Below, piece after piece: positions 12,411-64,000 of a stretch of 64,000 nucleotides of DNA (positions are counted from its first letter, which is position 1; each line of letters starts with the position of its first letter). The position numbers and the translations under genes were made by a program. Below the pieces are notes generated by a model, which worked only from the letters and a program-made list of their open reading frames with translations, ran no database searches and was not told where the DNA came from. Source of the DNA: Octopus sinensis (taxonomy: Eukaryota); the NCBI RefSeq assembly GCF_006345805.1, contig NC_043002.1, positions 117,738,001 through 117,802,000 of the forward strand. The letters are read 5' to 3'.

Positions 12411-13620
12411 GTGTGTGTGTGTGCGTGCTTGTGCTTGTTGCTTGCCTCCACAATGTTGGCTTGTTTGACATTTCAATAACAAGAGCTCGCTTGAATAAGT
12501 ACTGGACATAAAATAATTACAGTGGTCAATTTGTTCAACTAAACCCTTCAACATGGTGCCCCTGCTATGAGTAAAACATGTAAAAATATAAAAGAAATGA
12601 ATGAATAGGCACAAGCATAGCCGTTTGGTAGGAAGCAAGCTTCTTACCAAATAGCCATAATCTGATAGGGAACAGCACTGGGCAGATATGATGTTTTTAC
12701 ACCTTTTGTTACCATAAGAGAGATTTTTTTCTCCACAGTAATTGTAGAGAATTTACCTTTAGAAGTGGAAATATGTCATGAACATATATTAACTAACCTA
12801 AAGTTTATCTATCTTTCTATCTAAATACCTACCTACTTAACTATCTAGCTACCTCTCTCTATATATTTTATTTTATATCAGTGATGGCCAGACAACTATT
12901 TACCTGTAAACTATTTCACTTATTTCCTGATGAGTTGATGTTGATATCAGCTCAAAGCTTCCAGTGGGTTGGTTGATTTTACAAATTTATATCTTCGTAA
13001 CAGCTGACACAAGTTGTCAATATATATTTTTTATAAAGTTAGCTTGACGAAGGAAGCAAGAGTAATTTGTTCCCCAAAGCCACACTCTGTTGGTGTTCAA
13101 GACCATCATCAACTAATTACTGGTTTAATTTATACCTAAATGAAATTGACAATAATTGATTTATTAAAGAAGTAAATCTGCTGACCTCAGAACTGTCATA
13201 TCAACAACAATATCAAATACAATAATAACATATAAGCTACAATGGCTATCTTTAGCTAATACTACTGAGCTATATGAAAGAAAACCAACTGAGAGACAGT
13301 AGCAGCAAAAGCTTTATTACATATGTACAGATGGATGATTTGGGCTTTGTTTTGAAAATATGGGTGATCTAAGCTATCAGACATTTGACAAGATGTTAAC
13401 ATTGGCAGTGATATAAATATTAATGGTTTTAATGTTGAGTTATAACAAAAGCAACTTTGCATTAAACTGAAAGATTACTGAATACATTTGGTGGAGTACA
13501 CGCTTATACTTTTACATGAAGAGTGATGACAGGAACTTCGGTGTTTTGTCCTGCTAGCTTTCCAATGAAGGCTACCAAGCCATAACTTCAAAGTTACAGT
13601 CACCATTCTTCATGTAAAAG

Positions 13621-13660
<40 letters not shown>

Positions 13661-13967
13661 TAAATGCAAAGGAAAAATTCAAATGCATATCAAGGTTGGA
13701 GAAAGAACAATATCTTAAAGTGGTAACTCAGATTCAGAAATTTTGTAATATCAACAACTGTGAAATGTAGTTTTGTAGTGTAACATTTTCAAAACAAAAT
13801 ATTTCAGTTCCATTCGTTAATTTATCTAGTTACATTAAATATAGTGATCATAATGTCTTTGTATGTTTAAGAGCATTTAATAGGCTCACATTTAAACGCA
13901 CCATGATGTTATCACTGAAAGTGCTTCATTGTTACATACCAATAATAGGAAGAACGGTATCATGATG

Positions 13968-14010
<43 letters not shown>

Positions 14011-14125
14011 TAGTAATACATATCATCCTTATCACCATTATCAGTCTCATTAATCAAGATTAAATGCATTTTTATAAATAGAAAAAACATATAATTGCTT
14101 TTCACGTGATATTGATAACAGTAAT

Positions 14126-14131
14126 TTTATT
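14126..14131 (-). terminator. Candidate polyadenylation signal AATAAA of the FBXO21-like gene
   Basis: First AATAAA on the minus strand, about 95 nt after the stop codon. Confidence 0.4.
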
Positions 14132-14223
14132 GCCAGAGACAAGACTAGAGGGTTCTGTTTAAAAGAGTCCCAAAAAGATGAAATGGTAGAGACACACACA
14201 CACACTCAGTCTTCCTTTCCAGT

Positions 14224-55794
<41,571 letters not shown>

Positions 55795-55852
55795 GTTTTC
55801 TCGTTTGAATTGTAATGCAAGAGTTATCTCCCCCCAAATATTTTATCAACTT

Positions 55853-56060
55853 CGTCTTCGGAATTACCAATCCCGTCTTCGGAATTACCAATTCCGTCTT
55901 CGGAATTACCAATCCCGTCTTCGGAATTACCAATTCCGTCTTCGGAATTACCAATCCCGTCTTCGGAATTACCAATTCCGTCTTCGGAATTACCAATCCC
56001 GTCTTCGGAATTACCAATCCCGTCTTCGGAATTACCAATCCCGTCTTCGGAATTACCAAT
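55853..56060. repeat. 21-bp minisatellite (CGTCTTCGGAATTACCAAT[C/T]C), about 10 copies
   Basis: Directly readable tandem array with alternating C/T variant, 58 bp upstream of the ATG. Confidence 0.95.
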
Positions 56061-56758
56061 ATATTAACATCTGTCAATAAATCTCTCTCTCTATATATAT
56101 ATATATATCTATATACATACACATACACATACACACACACAATAATATAGCTACACCAATTTATGGATATACTTATAGATCTAGACGAATAAATTAAATG
56201 TACATCAATATGTCGACTACGATATGTCTACACCAAAGTAAAATAAACATCGAAGATGCTTTGTCCCAGGCAGAAACTACGGGAGTTACTGAGGAGTATA
56301 GCAAGCCTTTCTGAATTCATCGCAATGTTGGAAAGCATTCTGTATGATCAGCGTGTATCTCAAGATCACAAGTGTTGCGCCCTTTAGCCGTTATGCTTCA
56401 GATGAATGGAGCAGCGAGGTCCGAATTAGTCTTCGTCAGCAGAAGGGTCCCATCTATAGTCTCTCGTCAACTAAAGACACATCAAGCTGGTATCAGCTGG
56501 CATAACTATTTCCTTAGTGGCTCTCTTCATTTGCCTGAATTCTTGACCAATCCTTGGCAGGAAATACTCTACACCCAATATTTCATAACCAATATGTTTT
56601 AGAGCCTATATGAGAAGGTATTTTTTGTTGTAGCTCTGGGATGACTAAAGCCATGCGAGAGAACTGTGGTGAATAGAAACTGAAAGGAGCCTATCGTATG
56701 TAGTCACGTAGGTAGAGTGTGTGCCGCCCGGAGCAGCCCTTGAATTGGTCAGACTCCC

Positions 56759-59290
56759 GTGTTTGACCCAAGCAAAAATAAATAACAAAAGTGCAATAGG
56801 TATAAAACAACATGTGAACGAATATGAAAAAAAAACAAAATGCGCGCTGGCGAACGGGGGGGGGGCGACTCGGAAAATTCACATCGGGAATGTTCCGAGT
56901 TCTCTCACCACTTCCCCGTTCGTCGACAAAATTTTTTTCTTCCTATTCGTTTACTACACATTATTTTACACCGAGTACACTATTTTTTGTTCAATTTTTG
57001 TGACGGGGTGAGTGGGGTGCGGACTCGGATGATTCACACGATCAAGTAACCCGACCTCAAAAAAAGGAAGAAAAGAAAAGAAATGGTGCAATAGGTATAA
57101 AATAGTGTGTCCTAAACGATTATGAAAAATATAATGCATGCTAGAGAACAGGGGTGGGGCGAGGACAGAACTTGAAAAATTCCCAGGATCTGAAAACTCA
57201 ACGTTAACAACCGGTTACAAAAATGGAAAACAACAAATAGTGTAATAGGTGTAAAACAACATGTAGTAAACGAATATGAAAAAAAATGCACGCTGGTGAA
57301 CGGGGGTGGGGAAAAGGACTAGAACAATTCACACAATCCGATTTTTTCCCTAAAGAAAATGGATATTCTTCCCAACCACACGGTTCCGGGTTCAGTCCCA
57401 CTGCATGGCACCTTGGGCAAGTGAATTTTCCAAGTCCTCTCTCTCCTGCACCCCCGTTTGCCAGAGCGCATTTCTTTTTTTTCATATTCGTTTAATAATA
57501 ATAATAATAATAATAATTGTGTACAGTGCTCAGGTGCACTACAACTCATCTAAAGTGTATATATAATCAGGTGTAGTTTCGGCGGATTTCAGAAAGCATG
57601 AGGGCCTTAAAGGATGCAGTGTCATGGCAGTCAACAACTGACGCAGGCAGTTTATTCCATGCTTCAGCAACTCTGAGCGTGAAAAAATGTTTCCGAAAGT
57701 CATGGGAGCTGTGTTGTTTTCTGACTTTGTAGGCATGTCCACGTGTGTTAGACACATGGAGATCAAAAAGGTGTTCAGTGTTGTTATTGGTGAGGTGGTT
57801 GACAACTTTGTGGGCATTTACCAAGTCCGTCGCCAGACGCCGGAGCTTCAGTGAATCCATGCCCAGGGAAACAAGGCGCTCAGAGTATGGTAGGTGTCTG
57901 ATGGAGGGTATGCGTTTGGTTGCACGTCTCTGGACAGATTCCAGGAGGTCAATGTTCTGAGCAAGATAGGGATTCCAAACTGATGATGCGAATTCCAAGT
58001 GTGGTCGTACCATAGCTGTATACAGTTTTAAATAGATGGCTGGAGAGCGGCTAACTAAAGTCTTGCTGAGTGATGCCAAGACACCCTCGGCCTTCTTGAC
58101 AATTTTAGAGATATGCTTTGTCCAACGCAAATCACTGCTGACAATGATGCCTAGGTCACGCTCGCAAGAGGATTTCTTGATATCAGTGTTGTGGAGGGAG
58201 TATGTGGACGCAGGGTTTTTTCTCCCAAAATGCATGGTGGTACACTTGTCCACAGCCAGTTTCAGTTGCCAGTCTGTGATCCATTGCTGCATTGTGTCTA
58301 GGTCTGATTGCAGGAAAGAGTTGTAGACATCAGGATCAGTCCTCTTGATTTCAAGGTACAGCTTGATGTCGTCTGCATATTTCAATACTGTGGCATTCTT
58401 TAAATTGGCATCTATGTCATTAATGTATGCCACAAACAGGAGGGGACCAAGGACAGATCCCTGTGGTACACCCGATGACATCTCATATGGTGTAGAGTGC
58501 TGTCCTAGAACTGTGACTACCTCCTTTCAGCTGAGGATGAAGGATTTCAACCAGTTAAAAAGGTCATCCCCCACACCCATTGCAGAGAGTTTCACCATAA
58601 GCCTTTTGTGTGGCACAGAGTTGAAAGCCTTAGCAAAGTCAAGGTAGACAACATCCACCCATGAGCCACTGTCAGTGATCTGAGTAATGTCCTCAAGGAA
58701 CTTGACAAGCTGGTCACTGCAGCTGGAGTTAGGGACAAATCCATATTGTGAGGGTCGGATGAGGCTGTGAGAGCTCCAGAAGTTCCAGAGTGTTTCTCTG
58801 ACACACGATTCCATCAGTTTTGCAATACAGCTAGTGAGACTGACTGGGCGATAGTTGACAGGTGATGTGCGGTCACCCTTTTTGAACAGAGGAATGACAC
58901 TGGCAGTTTTCCACTACTCCGGAGTAGCACCATTGTTTACTACATGTTGTTTTACACCTATTGCACTATTTTCTTTTCATTTTTGTGACCGGGTGTCGAA
59001 GTGGAGTTACTGGATCATCCGCACCCCACCTACCCTCCATCACAAAAATTGAACAAAAAATAGGGTACTGGGTGTAAAATAATGTGTAGTAAACGAATAT
59101 GAAGAAAAAAAATTTCGCCGACAAACAGGGAAGTGGTGAGAGGACTTGGAAATTCCTGATGTGAATTTTCCGAGTCGTCTCCCTGCCCCCCCCCCGTTCG
59201 CCAGCACGCAGTTTTTCCATATTCGTTTACTACATGCTGTTTTACACCTATTGCACTATTTTCTTTTTTCTTTTTGCTTGGGTCAAACAT
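56759..59290. mobile_element. Modular fold-back element (about 350-bp imperfect inverted arms) interrupted by a CR1-type LINE and a SINE fragment
   Basis: Termini TGTTTGACCCAAGCAAAAA and TTTTTGCTTGGGTCAAACA; an internal module recurs in both orientations. Confidence 0.65.
57492..58937 (-). mobile_element. 5'-truncated CR1/L2-type LINE, near-identical to the 61189-64000 copy, with a nonsense codon
   Basis: (AAT)n tail; GVPQGSVLGP, YADD; CGA to TGA near 58527; candidate GTTTA TSD at 57490 and 58935. Confidence 0.95.
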
Positions 59291-60109
59291 CTCTGTGGAT
59301 GGAATGCCACATCATGTTTTGGATGTTCATAGGATTGTCGCTTCATCGGATGATGATTGTGGAGAAGAGGAAGAGAATGAGGTTCCCAGTTTAAGAAGAT
59401 CACAACATGTAAGGTGCCCACTCGGGTGGGTGGTAGATTTCAACATGGAGTGAGGAGGTGATGTTTGAGATCAGGGAGGTGTGTGGGGATGAGCCGGAAG
59501 AAGAGGGCCATGGTGTTAATGGTCAAGGGACTGACCAGAAGAGGAAGTGTGAGAAGGGAAGAGCAGTAGGGAGGACAGAGGTCATCCTCTTTTGGCCAGC
59601 TGAGGCATTGCAAATGGACGTGAGGGAATTCACTCTTGGATTGGTGAGATAGCAGCTGGGTGACAGGGTAGGGCAGGATTGCCAGATTGGCTATTACTAG
59701 ACAGGTGCAGACGAGAGAGGAAGGTAGGTGAACTTCTTTTCATTTCCCATGCTTGACATCAACCTACTAGAAACAGCATTCAAAATGCTCTCAAATCACA
59801 CCTTAACACACAAAAGAAAGGCACTAAATTAATAATGTATACATATTCATTTGAAGTTTATAATTGTTATACATTTTATTTTATGTACTTTGTTCTTCTT
59901 AAATATATTCAGTTGTATTACTATATTTATTACCTTCAGTACATAAGGAGAGGGGAGCATGGACAAATCCTCACTTGCTCTCCAAACAACCTGGGCAAAT
60001 TCCACAACTGTTGGTACCCTCACCAATTTTTTGATTGGTTGTAGTGGACACCATCAGTTGTTAGATTAGTCATTGTAAGAGCCAGCTTTCAATGAATAAG
60101 TCTATTAAG

Positions 60110-60428
60110 GAGCCAGTGGCACGTAAAAGGGCACCATTCGAGCATGATCATTACCAACGTCACCTTACTGGCACCTGTGCTGGTGGCATGTGTAAAAAGA
60201 TTCGAGCGAGGTCGTTGCCAGTACCGCCTGACTGGCCCCCGTGCCGGTGGCACGTATAAAGCACCCACTACACTCTCGGAGTGGTTGGTGTTAGGAAGGG
60301 CATCCAGCTGTAGGACTCTGCCAGATCAAGATTGGAGCCTGGTGCAGCCATCTGGTTCGCCAGCCCTCAGTCAAAATCGTCCAACCCATGCTAGCATGGA
60401 AAACAGACGTTAAACGATGATGATGATG
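60110..60428 (+). mobile_element. RTE 3'-tail element
   Basis: GGTGGCACGTA.AAAGCACC modules and (GAT)n tail. Confidence 0.82.
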
Positions 60429-61188
60429 AAATGTTATTTATTAATTTTTTTCTGAATCTAGTGATTCAGTTGTGTGTTGGGCAGTATGTGTAAGGATGTT
60501 TGACTTTGATATTTGGTTGTATGTTGGTATCATTATGTGTGTGCTAGTGTGACAGCAGTAACGAGATAGGCTATTAGTAGCAGTATCAGCATCACGTTTA
60601 TATTCACTTTCTGCACTAACATGGACTAGACATCATCATTTTACACTTACAGTTCTGACAGTTGAGGCAGTGACTACTGCTTATGGCTTACAGTAGTAAT
60701 GGTGACTGAGGTAGCTTTAGCCCTTTAACAAAAATCAAAGGCAGAAGAAAGTGAGGCTAAAATATTCTCCTGACTCTGATGTACCTCAATCAAAAACCTA
60801 TGGTATACCCTCTTGCTATCACTGTATATACATTATAGCTAGCAGAATGATTTATGAGAGTAAGGTCAAGAAGGTATGAGCCGATACTTTCTAATTAGTC
60901 AAGAAAGATTGGATGGTACAAAATAAAATAACTCTTTTGTTTCTGAGGTAAAAAAAATATAGACATAACAAACACAAGTCTGCTGTGAGTGGATCAAAAG
61001 TTTTCTACGTTTGAGTCTTGACTAGGTTTTCCATTACAAGACATTCACTTTCAGCAAAAATGAAGGTAAGCTAGCATCAGCAGCCAAGAAAACTTCCTCT
61101 AGTGTTAGCAACAGCACAAGAGAGCTGGCAGTTGATCAGGAGAAGCAACTAAAGTTCCCAGAAATTGATCTTATAACATCACAAAGAT

Positions 61189-61227
<39 letters not shown>

Positions 61228-64000
61228 TGTGTACAGTGCTCAGGTGCACTACAACTCATCTAAAGTGTATATATAATCAGGTGTAGTTTCGACGGATTTC
61301 GGAAGCATGAGGGCCTTAAAGGATGCAGTGTCATGGCAGTCAACAACTGACGCAGGCAGTTTATTCCATGCTTCAGCAACTCTGAGCGTGAAAAAATGTT
61401 TCCGAAAGTCATGGGAGCTGTGCTGTTTTCTGACTTTGTAGGCATGTCCACGTGTGTTAGACACATGAAGATCAAAAAGGTGTTCAGTGTTGTTGTTGGT
61501 GAGGTGGTTGATAACTTTGTGGGTGTTTACCAAGTCCGTCGCCAGACGCCGGAGCTTCAGTGAATCCATGCCCAGGGAAACAAGGCGCTCAGAATATGGT
61601 AGGTGTCTGATGGAGGGTATGCGTTTGGTTGCACATCTCTGGACAGATTCCAGGAGGTCAATGTTCTGAGCAAGATAGGGATTCCAAACTGATGATGCGA
61701 ATTCCAAGTGTGGTCGTACCATAGCTGTATACAGTTTTAAATAGATGGCTGGAGAGCGGCTAACTAAAGTCTTGCTGAGTGATGCCAAGACACCCTCGGC
61801 CTTCTTGACAATTTTAGAGATATGCTTTGTCCAACGCAAATCACTGCTGACAATGATGCCTAGGTCACGCTCGCAAGAGGATTTCTTGATATCAGTGTTG
61901 TGGAGGGAGTATGTGGACGCAGGGTTTTTTCTCCCAAAATGCATGGTGGTACACTTGTCCACAGCCAGTTTCAGTTGCCAGTCTGTGATCCATTGCTGCA
62001 TTGTGTCTAGGTCTGATTGCAGGAAAGAGTTGTAGACATCAGGATCAGTCCTCTTGATTTCAAGGTACAGCTTGATGTCGTCTGCATATTTCAATACTGT
62101 GGCATTCTTTAAATTGGCATCTATGTCATTAATGTATGCCACAAACAGGAGGGGACCAAGGACAGATCCCTGTGGTACACCCGATGACATCTCATATGGT
62201 GTAGAGTGCTGTCCTAGAACTGTGACTACCTCCTTTCGGCTGAGGATGAAGGATTTCAACCAGTTAAAAAGGTCATCCCCCACACCCATTGCAGAGAGTT
62301 TCACCATAAGCCTTTTGTGTGGCACAGAGTTGAAAGCCTTAGCAAAGTCAAGGTAGACAACATCCACCCATGAGCCACTGTCAGTGATCTGAGTAATGTC
62401 CTCAAGGAACTCGACAAGCTGGTCACTGCAGCTGGAGTTAGGGACAAATCCATATTGTGAGGGTCGGATGAGACTGTGAGAGCTCCAGAAGTTCCAGAGT
62501 GTTTCTCTGACACACGATTCCATCAGTTTTGCAATACAGCTAGTGAGACTGACTGGGCGATAGTTGACAGGTGATGTGCGGTCACCCTTTTTGAACAGAG
62601 GAATGACACTGGCAGTTTTCCACTGCTCCGGAGTAGCACCATTGTTGAGACAGTACTGGAAGAAAATAGAAAGCTGGTGTAAAAGGAAGTGCCTGCCACG
62701 TTTGAGAAGCAGGTATGTAACTCCATCGAGACCAGGGGAGGCATAGTTGCGCTTATTTTGAAGGTGACGTCGCAGCATTGCAGGTGTAAATTCCATAGTT
62801 GTTATGGAGTTTGCTGTTAGTGATGGTGAAGATGGTACATTTTGACTTTCAACAGTGAATATGTTTGCATAGCACTCGGCAATGAGTTCTGCGCATTCCT
62901 TGGGGTCGTCAGTGATCTGGTTTGTGTGAGGGTTGCGAAGAGGGCCCACTGGAGAGTGAGGTCTCTGCTTTGAATGCACATATTTCCAGAAAACCTTGCT
63001 GTCAGGATTGGCTGCTATGCACTGTTCAAATTCAAGCACTGCATTTTTTGTCACTTGCTTGAGATGGTTGGAGGATTTATTCCGCTTCTTCCTGTTGGTG
63101 TCTGATTTATGCAACTTGTATTCCTGTTCAGCAGTCCGACGTTCCTTCCTGGCAAGTCGGACCGCTGAAGTTTCCCAAATTGCCCTTTTGAGGCGGTTCT
63201 TCTTTTTTTGTTTACGTGGCACTGATGCTGCACATGCTGCCCATATTGAGTCCAGGATACTCTGGAGTATAGTATTCACATCTCCAGAGTTGTAGAATTC
63301 ACGCCAGTTTGGGTGCTGTAGTTCAGTGTGGTACAGGTTCCAATCTGCTCTTTTCCAATCGAAGGAAGCAGATTGGAGATGGTTCAGGTGTTTGTTGCCC
63401 ACAAGAGCCAGATTGGCGATGATCATAGCATGATCAGAGTCACCTAGAGGTTCCTCCGTAGTGCAATTGATAACCGCTTCAGGAGTTGTGGTGAAGAGCA
63501 GGTCCAAGGTGTTGTCGCCTCTTGTTGGAGAGGTGACTACTTGTGACCAGTTTGAGTCCAGCACAAGCTCAACAAAATCGTTTGCACTCTGTGGCCAATG
63601 GAAGGTTTCCCAATCGATCTCAGGATGATTGAAATCACCTGCAATAAACACATAAGTGGCTGTTTTCCTGGCAGCAGCTCGGAGGATGTTGCAAAGCTGT
63701 GTGTCCTGATGGTAATTTGGGGGATGATAAACAACGCCAAGCAGGAGTGTTGACATGGTCATACGTACGTCACAGAAAAAAACTTCTTGTGATTCGTTCA
63801 AATCGGCACAAGGAATTACCAAAAAATTTGAACAAACGTAGACCATCACACCACTACCACGGCGGTTAGTGCGGTCCTTACAGAAGAGGTTGTACCCCGT
63901 AATGTTCAAAACCCCATCACAGAGTAAGGAATGCGCCCATGTTTCCGTGACAGTGATGAAGTCAGGGTCAATACTTCTGACGTAGGCGTTGAACAAATGT
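61189..64000 (-). mobile_element. Young CR1/L2-type LINE; APE-RT ORF2 open for more than 915 codons and running off the window end
   Basis: ITVTETW, GVVYHPP, AGDFNHP, NTLDLLF (APE); NYRPVSLTS, YLDFAKAFNSV, GVPQGSVLGP, YADD (RT); (AAT)n tail; 1-nt deletion near 61300 alters the last residues. Confidence 0.95.

Noticed and set aside
12927-12960. CTGATGA followed by a hairpin
   Set aside because: No GAAA in register and no stems I or III; not a hammerhead
60800-61100. Faint piggyBac-transposase-like words (MSR.F, GSKVF)
   Set aside because: Too degraded, with stops and no termini; cannot be supported without a profile search

Overview
AT-rich, repeat-dense animal genomic DNA, most likely from an octopus (inferred from the tRNA-derived SINE families, (TA)n/(TACA)n arrays and RTE/Penelope content; not confirmed by any search). 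One host gene can be fully reconstructed by hand: a 12-coding-exon FBXO21-like F-box gene on the minus strand (55794 to 14224, 1764 nt CDS, 587 aa). All introns are GT-AG and all phases are consistent. Its F-box and YccV/HspQ-like domains are well conserved, but the central SirB1/transglutaminase-like motifs are degenerate. The rest is mobile DNA: RTE LINEs carrying a PHD-type finger inside the RT, young CR1/L2-type LINEs, several Penelope-like elements with hammerhead ribozymes and fold-back arms, a full-length mariner nested in a hAT element, a Helitron containing an ORF1-only LINE, a miniature LTR element with asymmetric LTRs, MITEs, many SINEs and satellites. No rRNA, true tRNA or CRISPR array is supported. 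Family names and homologies come from recalled motifs, not database searches.
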